Virus record (IMG/VR): IMGVR_UViG_3300046810_000466
Coordinates: 21,169 to 85,168 of that record
DNA: 64,000 nucleotides
Source: a virus
Strand: one strand, 5' to 3'
Shown: positions 9,221-19,802 of the stretch, piece by piece
Position numbering within the stretch: position 1 is the stretch's first letter
How the letters are laid out: each line of letters begins with the position of its first letter
The notes under the pieces: generated by a model
What the model was told of the DNA's origin: nothing
What the model saw: only the letters and a program-made list of their open reading frames with translations
The model's database searches: none
Made by a program: the position numbers and the translations under genes

Positions 9221-12166
9221 ATGGCTCTCGCAATTCAAGAAATGATCGACAACGTCACACGCTATCGCTTCAACCCGGCTAGTATCCAGCGGGTGGCGTT
9301 GCGTGGGCTGGCGGAGATCAACAATGGTCAACAGCTTTACTTCGATGCAACCAATCCGTTTATTCAAGCGCTGCAATGTGGCGCAGTAGAAACGGCAGCA
9401 TTCATGCAGTCGCACGAAGCCGAGTGCCGTCGTCGTTATCCGTGCCTGGCACAGACACAAGAAGATCTGTACCTGCATATGTCGGACCAAGCTTATATCA
9501 ATCGCTTTGCTGTTCCGGCACAAGCGAACTTCAGCTTCCGCTTCTTCAAGCCCGAGCTGGTGAACGCCATGGTCTACGATAATGCAACCGGCTATACCAA
9601 GCTGGTTATTCCTCGTAACACCTACTTCACTGTGGGTGGCACCGTCTTCAGTTTACAATACCCTATCGACGTGCGTCAGTTGGCCAATGGCGCGTTGTCA
9701 ATCGTGTATAACAACGAGCAGGTATCGCCACTGCAAACGTTGGAAAGCAACTCGATCCCTTACGAGATCCAGGATGGCGCTGAAGGTGAGTACGTCAAGT
9801 TCGATGTGCTGGCCACCCAATTCAACATCACTCAGATGGTGGAGTCCATCAGCAAAGCGAAAGACGTATCGATCGCAATGCCGATCACCGATCAGATTTA
9901 CTTTGCTCGGGTGTACCACAAGAACTCGGCGACCGGTAAATGGGATGAGCTGGCTACCACCCATGCCGCCAGTATTTACGATGCCACGAAACCAACAGCA
10001 GTCCTTCACGTTGCTGACGGGGTCTTGCAGGTGAAGATTCCGCAAGTGTATGTTCGCACTGGGCTGCTGTATTCGAATATCCGGGTGGACATGTACGAGA
10101 CCAAAGGCGCCATCAATCTGCCGCTGGCTGAGTACCCATCGAATGCGTTCTCCATTACGTGGAAAGCGTTCGACAGCTCCGAGCAGAGTAATGTCTTCTC
10201 GGCGCCATTGCCGAACATGAACGTGAATGCTTTCTCCAACGAGATCGTCATCGGCGGTCGCAATGAGATGGGGTTCGAAGAGTTGCGCAAGAACGTCATC
10301 AACAACGCGACGGGTCCTATCCACCAACCTGTTACCGAAGCCCAGTTGGAAGCACAGTTGAGGAACGCTGGTTACGACATCGTTAAAGGTAAAGACAACA
10401 TCACGGACCGTATCTACTTAGCGACCCGTGAGATGCCATCGCCTGAGCTTGTTACAGCCACCACAGCGGCCTCAACAGGCAACAAGCTACTCACGGCAGC
10501 CGCAGCCTCTATTGAGACCCTGACGGTCGCTACAGAGTCTCTCGCTGGCTTGCCTACGGTGATTGATAACGGCGACAGCATTACCATCACACCAGACACG
10601 CTTTACCAGATCGTGGACGGCATTGCACAGCCGGTACCGCAATCCGATGTAGAGAACATCTTGTCGATGCCGGCTGACAAACGCGCGTTGGCAGTGACCA
10701 ACGGTAACTTCCTTTACACGCCATTCCACTACGTGCTCGATTCATCGAATGCGTCGTTTGAGATTCGTCCGTACTACTTGGACAATCCGATGGCCACCTC
10801 CAAGGTGTTCGTCAAACAAAATGACACAACACTGATGTTGGTGGGAACGTCGTTGTACGGTCTGGTGCGCACGACGACAGGTTTCATCATGCAAGTACAA
10901 ACGCGTTCTGACGATGTCTATAAGTCATTGCCGGACAGCCAAGTGTTTGCACAGATGGCTTTCATCCCGCACGGTGAGCGGGATCGTGCCTACGTTAACG
11001 GTGTGATGGTTGGCAAGACGTCGAAAGGTGAACGGATCTTTAACTTCGATCTGTCCACCACGTTCAATGTGGACTCCAGCGACAACATGGAGATGACCAA
11101 GTTCACCATGTACAACACGGAACCTCGGATCACCAAGACCGCGTTGCTCAACTCGTTCGATGTGATCTACTCCACCTCCGTGGTATTGACGTCCCGTTGG
11201 ACGCCAAATGAAGTGGATGAGGTGTTGGGTCGTCATCTGTTGCCGAACCAGATCGCCGGTATCAACCACGAACAGATCCGGATCAAGTTCGGCGAACCAC
11301 TGGACATGCTCTGGACTCGTGCTCGCACTGTCGCTTCTTCCATCACGTACCAGGTGTGGGAGGAGGATCTGCAAGCCTTCTACAAAGAAGACGTGTTTGA
11401 GTACGGCGCTGACGGTTTGCGGTTGAGTGTGGTGGAAGGGCAGCTGGTCTATAACAAGTTGCATCTGAAAGGTGATCCGATTCTCGGTCCTGAGGAAGCC
11501 ATCACGTACGAACACCGTAAAGGTGATCTGAAACGCGATTCGTCAGGTCAGCTGATCCCAGCCAACCCACGGGGTCTGAAACGTCAGATCGACTTGATGT
11601 TGCTCGAGGGTGTGTACTGGTTCGCCACCGATGAAACGACGGCCAACTACCGCACGACATTGACCCGGGCACTGGTGTCATGGTTGGTGAACGATCTGGA
11701 GTCCTTCAAAACGGGACTGCTGGACAAGACGCGGATCTACTTCTATCCGAAGACTACCTCGGGTACGGTCAACGTTTATCTGTGGGATGATGTTCGTAAG
11801 GCTATCTCTGCTGGTCAGTCGTTCAACGTAACGTTGGCGGTGTCCAAGCAAGTGCATGAGAACCTCAACCTGCGTGATCGTCTGGAAGTGGCAACCATCC
11901 AAGTGCTGTCGACGATGCTGCAACAGAAGACCGTGTCGACATCGCAGATGCTCGAAGCGCTGCGCAAGAAATACGGCAGCGATGTTATCGACGTGCAGTT
12001 GTCAGGTCTGGGTGGTGAGTTCAACTATCCCGTGCTGACCATGGCAGATGACACCGACCGTCTGTCCATCCGTAAACGTCTGGTGGCTTTGGCCGACGGT
12101 AAGTTGGCAGCTGAAGAAGATGTTACCGTGGCTTTCGTCATTCACAAAGGCAAAAGCGCTACTTAA
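9221..12166 (+). CDS. large virion structural protein, phiKZ gp87-like (probable baseplate wedge)
   Basis: 981 aa; 'AQTQEDLYLHMSD', 'IGGRNEMGFEELRKNVI' reminiscent of baseplate wedge/J proteins. Confidence 0.7.
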   Translation: MALAIQEMIDNVTRYRFNPASIQRVALRGLAEINNGQQLYFDATNPFIQALQCGAVETAAFMQSHEAECRRRYPCLAQTQEDLYLHMSDQAYINRFAVPAQANFSFRFFKPELVNAMVYDNATGYTKLVIPRNTYFTVGGTVFSLQYPIDVRQLANGALSIVYNNEQVSPLQTLESNSIPYEIQDGAEGEYVKFDVLATQFNITQMVESISKAKDVSIAMPITDQIYFARVYHKNSATGKWDELATTHAASIYDATKPTAVLHVADGVLQVKIPQVYVRTGLLYSNIRVDMYETKGAINLPLAEYPSNAFSITWKAFDSSEQSNVFSAPLPNMNVNAFSNEIVIGGRNEMGFEELRKNVINNATGPIHQPVTEAQLEAQLRNAGYDIVKGKDNITDRIYLATREMPSPELVTATTAASTGNKLLTAAAASIETLTVATESLAGLPTVIDNGDSITITPDTLYQIVDGIAQPVPQSDVENILSMPADKRALAVTNGNFLYTPFHYVLDSSNASFEIRPYYLDNPMATSKVFVKQNDTTLMLVGTSLYGLVRTTTGFIMQVQTRSDDVYKSLPDSQVFAQMAFIPHGERDRAYVNGVMVGKTSKGERIFNFDLSTTFNVDSSDNMEMTKFTMYNTEPRITKTALLNSFDVIYSTSVVLTSRWTPNEVDEVLGRHLLPNQIAGINHEQIRIKFGEPLDMLWTRARTVASSITYQVWEEDLQAFYKEDVFEYGADGLRLSVVEGQLVYNKLHLKGDPILGPEEAITYEHRKGDLKRDSSGQLIPANPRGLKRQIDLMLLEGVYWFATDETTANYRTTLTRALVSWLVNDLESFKTGLLDKTRIYFYPKTTSGTVNVYLWDDVRKAISAGQSFNVTLAVSKQVHENLNLRDRLEVATIQVLSTMLQQKTVSTSQMLEALRKKYGSDVIDVQLSGLGGEFNYPVLTMADDTDRLSIRKRLVALADGKLAAEEDVTVAFVIHKGKSAT

Positions 12167-12167
12167 T

Positions 12168-12213
12168 ACGGCATACACTCCCATCACCCCGTAGGGTGAT
12201 GGGAGCTATGACC
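12168..12213. terminator. bidirectional hairpin flanked by ACGGCATA / TATGACC
   Basis: CTCCCATCACCC-CGTA-GGGTGATGGGAG perfect stem between convergent genes. Confidence 0.75.
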
Positions 12214-12214
12214 T

Positions 12215-13600
12215 CTAGGCGAAGCTAGCGTCTTTCATCTCGACGATGCCGTCCAGCGTGGCTTTCATCTCGTTGAAGTTTTCTTCTGGCATTTGCAGCG
12301 TGTCCTTACATTGCAGGATCGCTTTCCATGCCACGTCCGTCACTGCTGTTACCAGTGTTGCAGCGAAGCTGGTTGCCAAGCCAGCATTACCGCACCACTT
12401 AGCGATCTCGCCGACACCGCTGCACATGCCGAGGTTGCTCTTAGCGAACTCCGTCGTCAGTTTGTACAGGGTGTCGTTTACGAACGTCAGCTTTTCCGAC
12501 TGGCTGTCGTAAGACGCAATGAAGCTGGCCGCTTCTTGCAACGTGCCGAGCAAAGCCTTGGCCGCTTCGTTGTACGACTTCAGGCGATCGACGATGACTT
12601 CGACTTTGGATTCCTGCGCAGCGTTGCTGATCTGGTGTATCCAGCGCAGCGTTGACATAGCAGTAGCTTCCGGATCGACCATCTTGTCTTCTGCTGAACG
12701 GAAGACGTCCGCCACATTCACCACCGACGTTACCTTGGCGCCGGCGCCGAATGCAACAGTTGGTGTCGTAGGCAGTGTCAGGGAAACACGACCCGAGTCG
12801 GAAACCTTGAGGGCTGCCAAATGTTGATCAAATGCGTCTTTCCATTGCGTCAGATGCGTGGTCATGGTTTCGATAGCCGCTGGTGCTTCCAGGTGCGCAG
12901 TGTAGTAGGCGTCCATGGTAGCGAACGAATACGGCACACGGCGCGAGATCTTCAGGATATCGGCCACGATTGGCGTCTGGGTCTGATCAGCAGGCACAGC
13001 TTGGAACAGAGGATCGTCCCAGCTGAAACCAGCATCGGTTGCCAAACGCTGGAAGTCCCGCAGGCTGTAATACAGCATCGACACCTTGTTGGCACGACGC
13101 TTGAAGTCCAGCGTATTGATCAGGAAGTCCTGACCTGGGTTAGCAGAGACTTGTTCCAGACGAATGATCTGCGCTTGGATTTGCGTTGCCAGATCGCCGG
13201 CCATGGCTTTGTCGATCTCTTCCAGCGAAGCCTGGTAGCCGGTGAATGACGGGTGCTTGCTGTACCAGTTCACCGGCTTGTGCTTACCGAAGTTCGGCAA
13301 CACACTGATCGCTTCCGTGGCCAACTTCTGGTTCATGCCGCGTTGCGTAATCAGATCGTCACGCAAATACGACAATTCCACGTACAGCGATTCAGCGACC
13401 GCCGCTTCTTCCGGATTGAGCTTCGGGATCATTTCCATGATGACCGATGTGTCCGTCGCCACTTCGTTGGTCAGGACGTCCGGAATGGGTTCGCTCGGCA
13501 GCAGAGCGCCAGCGTTAAGGCTTTGGTCGGTCGGCGCGCCATTGATGACCGACTGGTTCATCGCGGCAGCCAAGGTAGCGGTGGCGTCGATGTCAGCCAT
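12215..13600 (-). CDS. putative head protein (gp84-86 position)
   Basis: 461 aa; LATEA and ASLEE putative processing sites; synteny. Confidence 0.6.
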   Translation of the reverse strand: MADIDATATLAAAMNQSVINGAPTDQSLNAGALLPSEPIPDVLTNEVATDTSVIMEMIPKLNPEEAAVAESLYVELSYLRDDLITQRGMNQKLATEAISVLPNFGKHKPVNWYSKHPSFTGYQASLEEIDKAMAGDLATQIQAQIIRLEQVSANPGQDFLINTLDFKRRANKVSMLYYSLRDFQRLATDAGFSWDDPLFQAVPADQTQTPIVADILKISRRVPYSFATMDAYYTAHLEAPAAIETMTTHLTQWKDAFDQHLAALKVSDSGRVSLTLPTTPTVAFGAGAKVTSVVNVADVFRSAEDKMVDPEATAMSTLRWIHQISNAAQESKVEVIVDRLKSYNEAAKALLGTLQEAASFIASYDSQSEKLTFVNDTLYKLTTEFAKSNLGMCSGVGEIAKWCGNAGLATSFAATLVTAVTDVAWKAILQCKDTLQMPEENFNEMKATLDGIVEMKDASFA

Positions 13601-14104
13601 TTACTGTGCTCCCATTGGAACAGCAGGCGGCGATAGCAGCATGGCCACGTCGGATGCGATCAACATGATCTCGACTTTGTACTTGTTCATGAACTGGCTC
13701 AGTTCGTCCGAGATCTGGGATGCGCCACCGGAGTACAGCATGGTGATGTCCATGTTCTTGGCGGCTGGTTGGCTCAGCAGGTACTTCAGACGGTACTCGC
13801 TGTCTTGGGTATAGGCCGCCGGCCATGCTGCGAAATAACGCATCTTCCAGAACACCTGGGTGTATTCCAGTGCGGACTTGGCACCGAACACCACGCTCTC
13901 GTTGACTTCGGAGATCTTCTCCGATACCACTGGCAGCACTTGCTGGGCGAAAAATGCTGGGATGTTCTCCAGCTGTGCCGAAGGCAGGTGAGCTTGTGCC
14001 GAGGCGGCCAGCGCCACTGCGATCGCAACGATGCGTCCTTGATCAGCCGGCGCCTTGACAGTGCGGCCAATCGTTTCATTCAGTCCAAAGTACTTCGGGT
14101 CCAT
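13601..14104 (-). CDS. putative virion protein
   Basis: 167 aa, AAGGA RBS, abuts the next gene. Confidence 0.6.
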   Translation of the reverse strand: MDPKYFGLNETIGRTVKAPADQGRIVAIAVALAASAQAHLPSAQLENIPAFFAQQVLPVVSEKISEVNESVVFGAKSALEYTQVFWKMRYFAAWPAAYTQDSEYRLKYLLSQPAAKNMDITMLYSGGASQISDELSQFMNKYKVEIMLIASDVAMLLSPPAVPMGAQ

Positions 14105-14127
14105 GGGTTGTTTTCCTTGTCGGGTAA

Positions 14128-15444
14128 TTACAGTAATACGGCCAGCTCAGCCGAGCGAACGAACAGCGGGTTGTTGCCCAGTTGCTCGAGTTGTTGTTGC
14201 AGCATCTTGGTCTTGCGGTTGCGACGGTAGACCGGGATCAGCGTGGTGGCGATGTATTCACGCCATTCACGTTTATCCTTGATTCCTTCCATGGCTTTTT
14301 CCATGGCTTCGACATCGGTGACGATCCGTTTCTTCTCGTCAGCCGAGATGTTGCGGTTCTTCAGGCGATTGATCGTGTCCTGTTTAATGCGGCGGAAACG
14401 AACTTCCGGGGTATCGTAGGTGTTGTCGCCGTCGTCGCCGAAACCGCCCAGCAGGATGCCGATAACGTTAATCGGAATTGCCAGCAAGCTAATCGGTGGA
14501 ATGAACATCAACGCGATCGAAACGATCTGGCAGAAGATGAACCACGGTTGCGACATGTGAGCATAGTCGTCGCCGTAGATTGCCGTCAACTTGTTCAACG
14601 CAGTCATCAGGTGACGGCCGGCGCCGTGACGGGTGGCGAATTGATCAGCCAGGAATTCCGATGCCGTGGAATCGTAGATGCTGATGCCCAGCTCGCTGCG
14701 GGATTTTTCAGCCGTCTCGAACACGATAGCGGTTTCGATGATCGACTTCTTGTCGGTAGCAGCAATTGCCGCGACATCCACGTCCTTCAGCTTCAGGTCG
14801 TCAACGCACTTGGCAATGATCAGGTGACGCTGATCAACCGAGTAAGCGCCATCCAGGGCTTTAGTCATGGCGGCCAGCGCCATGTTGGTCGTTACCGTAC
14901 GGCAGAAGGTTTCGCAGTAGGTAAAGAAGTGGCCAACTTCGTGCAAGAACACTGCTGCCATTTCTTCGGAGCTGAAGCGATGCTTGTCCGCTAAGCCAGA
15001 ACCATCTTCCGTCGAGAACCAACCTTTCTTCAGTTGGTCGATCGGCAGGTAGATCGTAAATGGCAGTTCAGAGAACAAACCAGACGTCTTGGCGGTGTTG
15101 ATGTCGATCATCGACGTGCGACCGCCTGAACCTCCGATGAAGCGCTTGGTGAAGTTCAGCTGGGCGGAATACCACTCGCGGTAGTTGTTACGGACCAGGA
15201 CGCTGTTGTGGTACTCGTCGAAGATCATCATGCATGGCGGCAGTTCGCCAATCTCAACTGAACAGTTGATGTTGAAGGCGTTCTTAACAATAGCTTCCAG
15301 CAGCTCTTCGTTACGACGTTTCTGGCTGTCGAACTCCCGGCCGGCTTGGAACATGATGTCGCGGAAAGCCAGCTCCAGTTCTTTGAAGGTCTGGGTGCTC
15401 TGGTAATTGATTGCCTCGGTAGAGAGCAGGGGCATGCGTTGCAT
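14128..15444 (-). CDS. virion-associated zinc metallopeptidase-like protein (M48-like HExxH) with transmembrane hairpin
   Basis: 'AVFLHEVGH', downstream 'EFLADQFATRHG', hydrophobic segment 'WFIFCQIVSIALMFIPPISLLAIPINVIGILL'; N-terminal LSTEA site. Confidence 0.7.
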   Translation of the reverse strand: MQRMPLLSTEAINYQSTQTFKELELAFRDIMFQAGREFDSQKRRNEELLEAIVKNAFNINCSVEIGELPPCMMIFDEYHNSVLVRNNYREWYSAQLNFTKRFIGGSGGRTSMIDINTAKTSGLFSELPFTIYLPIDQLKKGWFSTEDGSGLADKHRFSSEEMAAVFLHEVGHFFTYCETFCRTVTTNMALAAMTKALDGAYSVDQRHLIIAKCVDDLKLKDVDVAAIAATDKKSIIETAIVFETAEKSRSELGISIYDSTASEFLADQFATRHGAGRHLMTALNKLTAIYGDDYAHMSQPWFIFCQIVSIALMFIPPISLLAIPINVIGILLGGFGDDGDNTYDTPEVRFRRIKQDTINRLKNRNISADEKKRIVTDVEAMEKAMEGIKDKREWREYIATTLIPVYRRNRKTKMLQQQLEQLGNNPLFVRSAELAVLL

Positions 15445-15591
15445 GGTTGGTATCCTTGTTGACCTGATTCAGAAAGTAAAAATAACGAGTAGGGCTATCA
15501 TTTGGTCCCAAACATGCAACGCAAAAAGAAACACCCGTTATCAGTGAAGTCATACTGATATTTACCGAATACCCTCTGATCGAGCCGCAAT

Positions 15592-17526
15592 ATGTCTACT
15601 AAACCAGCAGTCGTTACAAGAGCAAAAGATATTCACGGTCATGAAGTAGAGTTTACTGCCAACGATATTTTAGGTCATGAATGTCGTCACGTCACGTATT
15701 GCCAGCCACCAGAACCAGGTATGCGTGACTTACACCTCATCAAACGTGTTACTCATGTGAAGATTGGGGAGAAAACGCACTTCATTCCAAACACGGTTCC
15801 GAAGTGGGACTACGAGCGCAAGTTCTGGATTACAAAAGAAGGTCGGCAGCAGCACAAAGAGAAGCGTGAGTTTGCCGACATGGAGGACTTGCTCGAAGTT
15901 GTTTGCACACAATCGAAGCTGCGTGACCGAGTCCGTGACACGCTGGTTTCCATGACCGAGAAAAGTCGTAAGCGTTTCGGTCTGCCTTTCCCAGGTAAAA
16001 ACGACAGCTTACGCAAGTTAGCCCGCAGTCCTTATCTGTACGGTACCGACATCAGCTCAACGACCTTGCTCAAGCGGATGTACATGGACATGTTCCCACA
16101 TCTGCGCTCCAACTCTAGCATGGCGGCGACCGATACGGAAACCAACATGTTCAGCAAAGAGCAAGAGATCATCATGCAGACCATGACCATGAAGGACAAG
16201 GTCTTTACGGTGATCAAGAAAGACTTCTTCAAGGGTCACGAATACGTTGAAGAACGTCTGCGTCAAACCTTTGAGCAGCATCTCGGTGAAGACATCAAAG
16301 CGCGTGGCCTGAAGTGGGAGGTCATGTTCGTTGATACCGCTGGTCAGGTAGTGGTTGAGGTCATGAAGAAAGCCCACGAGTGGGGTCCAGACTTCTTGGC
16401 GATCTGGAACATCAAGTTCGACATGGTAAAGATGTTGGAAGCGCTGCGCGCCGATAACATCGACCCTGCCACGGTGTTCTCTGATCCATCGGTTGTCAGG
16501 GCTGGCTACCACCACTTCGACTTCAAGATCGGTCCTGCTCAGAAGGTCAAAGCCAATGGCGATGTACAGCCGCTCTCGCCATCGCAGCAGTGGCACGTTG
16601 TTACTACCCCAGCTTCGTTCTCCTTCATCGACGCTATGTGCGCCTTCCGTCAGATCCGTACGGGTCAGCAGGAAGAACCGTACTACGGTCTTGATGAGAT
16701 CATGGAAAAGTACATCAAGCGTAACAAGCTGAACTTCAAAGAAGCTGATGGCTTCCGTGAAGGTGAGTGGCACAAATTCATGCAGGAGTTCTACAAGTTT
16801 GAATACGTGATCTATAACGTGTTCGACTGCATCGGTATGGAAATCTTGGACGAAGAAACTTCGGACTTGAATCTGAACTTCCCGCTGTACTCCAATGCTT
16901 CGGATTACTCCATCTTCCCATCGCAACCGAAGAAGCTGTGCAACAAGTTGTTCTTCCATCTCTTGCAACACAACCGTGTCTTAGGGTCGACCTCTGACCA
17001 GATGCGAGATGAGAACGACGATAAGACAGTGAACGGCAAGGGCTGGATCACCATGCTACCGGCACACCAGGTCATGGACAATGGTTTGCAGTGCTTGGAA
17101 GAGATCAACGGCATGCCAACAAACATCCGAGTCGGCGTTGGTGACTTGGACATTGCTGGTACTTACCCGAACGAAGGTATCTGCATGAACATCTCGAAGT
17201 ACACGACGCATCGTGAACTGATCGAGATCGAAGGTATCCCAGATCACATCCGTCGTCGGATTGGATTTAATCTGGCAGGTGGTCATGTTAATGCAGTAGA
17301 GATCTGCTGCGACTTGTACAAGGCTCCGTCCTTGGACGACATGTACATGAGTTACCTGAAGAAGAAAGGCTTGGCTCCTCCGACGGTTGGTAAGGTATTC
17401 GATACACCGCCTTATAAACCAGACGAAACAAAACCATTCATGCCTCCTGAACCCATGTTAGGTGACGAAGTTTCTGAACCCAATCCGCTGGATGACGATT
17501 ACGACGCTCAGCAAGCTGCCGCCTAA
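15592..17526 (+). CDS. DNA polymerase family B, exonuclease/N-terminal subunit (phiKZ gp82-like)
   Basis: ExoI 'ATDTET', ExoII 'WNIKFD', ExoIII 'YNVFD', polymerase motif A 'DLDIAGTYP'. Confidence 0.85.
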   Translation: MSTKPAVVTRAKDIHGHEVEFTANDILGHECRHVTYCQPPEPGMRDLHLIKRVTHVKIGEKTHFIPNTVPKWDYERKFWITKEGRQQHKEKREFADMEDLLEVVCTQSKLRDRVRDTLVSMTEKSRKRFGLPFPGKNDSLRKLARSPYLYGTDISSTTLLKRMYMDMFPHLRSNSSMAATDTETNMFSKEQEIIMQTMTMKDKVFTVIKKDFFKGHEYVEERLRQTFEQHLGEDIKARGLKWEVMFVDTAGQVVVEVMKKAHEWGPDFLAIWNIKFDMVKMLEALRADNIDPATVFSDPSVVRAGYHHFDFKIGPAQKVKANGDVQPLSPSQQWHVVTTPASFSFIDAMCAFRQIRTGQQEEPYYGLDEIMEKYIKRNKLNFKEADGFREGEWHKFMQEFYKFEYVIYNVFDCIGMEILDEETSDLNLNFPLYSNASDYSIFPSQPKKLCNKLFFHLLQHNRVLGSTSDQMRDENDDKTVNGKGWITMLPAHQVMDNGLQCLEEINGMPTNIRVGVGDLDIAGTYPNEGICMNISKYTTHRELIEIEGIPDHIRRRIGFNLAGGHVNAVEICCDLYKAPSLDDMYMSYLKKKGLAPPTVGKVFDTPPYKPDETKPFMPPEPMLGDEVSEPNPLDDDYDAQQAAA

Positions 17527-17529
17527 TAG

Positions 17530-17585
17530 CGGCATACAACCCCTACCGGCCTCGCAGCTGGTAGGGGTTGTATCACTTATGCCGT
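17530..17585. terminator. bidirectional hairpin flanked by CGGCATA / TATGCCGT
   Basis: ATACAACCCCTACC..GGTAGGGGTTGTAT stem between convergent genes. Confidence 0.75.
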
Positions 17586-17595
17586 CGTAACGGGA

Positions 17596-18381
17596 TTAGT
17601 AGTTGAAGTAAGCCAGCACACGCTGACGGGCTTCTTCTTTGATCTGCTTGCCGGACAGGGCTTGCTCGATGTTGATCTGACGTTTGGCCGCGGCGCGTAC
17701 CAGGGCGGTCGGATCGGCCAGGGCCGTCAGCACGTTCACCAGGTAACGCAGGTGCTGTGCCGATGCCGATGGCAGCGTGACGTGCGGGGTGAAGCGGTGG
17801 ATGTTCTCGTCAGCGAACACGCCCTTCGGACCCATGTTGTCACGGATCAGCTTCATCACCATGCCGAAGACCATGTCGAATTCTTCAGCCTTGGTGTTGA
17901 TGGCCTGGATCAGGATGTGGTACAGCATACCTTGGATCTGGCCGCCGGTGTCGTGGTCCATGCGGACTTTGCTCGACATCTTTTCGATGTAGTCCTTCAG
18001 TTCCAGGATGGTCATCTTGGCAGGGCCGGAGGCGCCCAGCGGCAGCTCGTAAGCCGATGCCGGGAAGACCGGCAGCTGTTTCACATCGTTGGACGAGACG
18101 GCTGCCACTGGGGCAGGTTCCGGTTCAGCCGCTGGCTGTTCGGTAGCCTTGTGCTCAACCAGTTCGCTGGCAGGAGCAGCTTCGTTCGCAACGAAGTTTG
18201 CAGTGATAGCGTCGCCTTCGCGAGTAACGCTTTCCAGAACTTCTTGGCTGCCGCTGTCCACAGCAGGGGGAGTCAGCGTCACGCTGATGTCTTGATCGGA
18301 CGAACCCGATTGTTGTTCTTGATCTGCCACGGCAGTATCCTTTCGAGGTTGGGTGGATTGGTTGTTACGGTTCTTACTCAT
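17596..18381 (-). CDS. conserved phiKZ-like protein (gp81 position)
   Basis: 261 aa; disordered acidic N-half, helical C-domain; strong codon bias. Confidence 0.65.
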   Translation of the reverse strand: MSKNRNNQSTQPRKDTAVADQEQQSGSSDQDISVTLTPPAVDSGSQEVLESVTREGDAITANFVANEAAPASELVEHKATEQPAAEPEPAPVAAVSSNDVKQLPVFPASAYELPLGASGPAKMTILELKDYIEKMSSKVRMDHDTGGQIQGMLYHILIQAINTKAEEFDMVFGMVMKLIRDNMGPKGVFADENIHRFTPHVTLPSASAQHLRYLVNVLTALADPTALVRAAAKRQINIEQALSGKQIKEEARQRVLAYFNY

Positions 18382-18452
18382 GGGATTTCCAGTAGAAGTT
18401 AATCAGAAGATCGCGTGAGCGACGCTCAGAAGATTAGCCGCAAAATGTTATT

Positions 18453-19802
18453 TTACAAGATGCGGGCCTTGTAATCGTACTTGGCCAACAGCAGCGCTTT
18501 ACCGTGAACGGCTTTCATGCACATCAGCAGCATGGTGGAGCCGTAGTTAGCGATTGCCGATGAAGCACCCGTTGGATTGGCTTCCAGACGCGGACCAACG
18601 CAGACACTGCAGTAATCCGTGAACGGCAGCTTGCAGTACATTGGCGAACGAACACGAATCCGTTTACCGATGTAGTTGTCAATGACTTCTTCGGTCAGTC
18701 GAACTTTCTCCAAGCCTGGTTCATCTGAGACGATAGTGAAGTTCAGGTAACGCTTACGGTTCTCTTTGGTCAGCAACACTTTCACGCCGAGACGAGAACC
18801 GCAGTCCACAGGCTTGATGTTTACGTTCGAGGAGGCGCGCAGCAACCACTTCACCGCTTCACCACCGCGCATGGTTTCAGCGCCACGGTTAAACGAACCA
18901 GCACGCAAGTTGTTGACCATGGCCGGCAAGCTGTCGATGTCCCAACCTTCGTGCAACGAACGCGGGATGAGTTCCACTTCTTGGCCGTCACCCAGACCAG
19001 CTTCAGCGCCGACCATCAGGAACTTCTTAGCACGGACCACTTCGAAGCTCTTTGACTTGATCAGGAAGTTCAGCGTATCATCGCCAGCCAGCCACTGTTG
19101 ATCCAGGTCGCGCAGTTCTTTGGCGATCACAGCCAGCGTTGCTGGATCTTTCAGGCTATCCTTGTACTGTGCAAACAGTTTCTCTTTCAGCTCTTTCAAG
19201 CCGGGAGGAGGCAGCAGGGATTTCTCCGTACCAGCACTAACCCACAGACTAGCAAAGCCAGAGATGTAGGTCATGGCATTGGTAAACTTCAAATACTCCG
19301 GCACGAAGATCGCGTTGGGTTTTTTCGGAGCAACTGTCGCGTTGGCGTCTACATACACCGGCTCATCCACGAACAATGGCAGAATCATCTCTTCCAAGCG
19401 ATCGGGCATCATCCGACCTTGGACGAAAGGAATCTTCGCACCGAATGGCCAGATCAGCAGAATGTAGTTTGCCAAGATATTGCCATAGCTAACAACTGCA
19501 TCCACACTCAGGTTGGGTACTTGGCCGGCCTTGAGTGCCACCTTCTCAGCCTTCATGAAGGGTGGTTGAATCTCGCCTGCTGGCAAAACACGGTCGCTCA
19601 TGTCGAGCGGCAGCAGTTCGCTGATATCATCCGGGTTGACGTAGAACACGCCAGTAGGCGACTGCACCAAGCGATACGGGTAAGGATCTTGTTTGTACTG
19701 TTCAGGCGCTTCCTGGATGGTGGCGAAGGCCGAGATCACCCAGGACTTATTACGGTACAACTCCGCCTTCATGGCGGCGATAAAGTAGTCTAAGCGGTTC
19801 AT
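18453..19802 (-). CDS. virion RNA polymerase beta-prime-like subunit (phiKZ gp80-like)
   Basis: 'RAGSFNRGAETMRGG' bridge-helix region, 'DCGS', 'VRSPMYC...YCSVCVG' beta-prime zinc site. Confidence 0.85.
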   Translation of the reverse strand: MNRLDYFIAAMKAELYRNKSWVISAFATIQEAPEQYKQDPYPYRLVQSPTGVFYVNPDDISELLPLDMSDRVLPAGEIQPPFMKAEKVALKAGQVPNLSVDAVVSYGNILANYILLIWPFGAKIPFVQGRMMPDRLEEMILPLFVDEPVYVDANATVAPKKPNAIFVPEYLKFTNAMTYISGFASLWVSAGTEKSLLPPPGLKELKEKLFAQYKDSLKDPATLAVIAKELRDLDQQWLAGDDTLNFLIKSKSFEVVRAKKFLMVGAEAGLGDGQEVELIPRSLHEGWDIDSLPAMVNNLRAGSFNRGAETMRGGEAVKWLLRASSNVNIKPVDCGSRLGVKVLLTKENRKRYLNFTIVSDEPGLEKVRLTEEVIDNYIGKRIRVRSPMYCKLPFTDYCSVCVGPRLEANPTGASSAIANYGSTMLLMCMKAVHGKALLLAKYDYKARIL

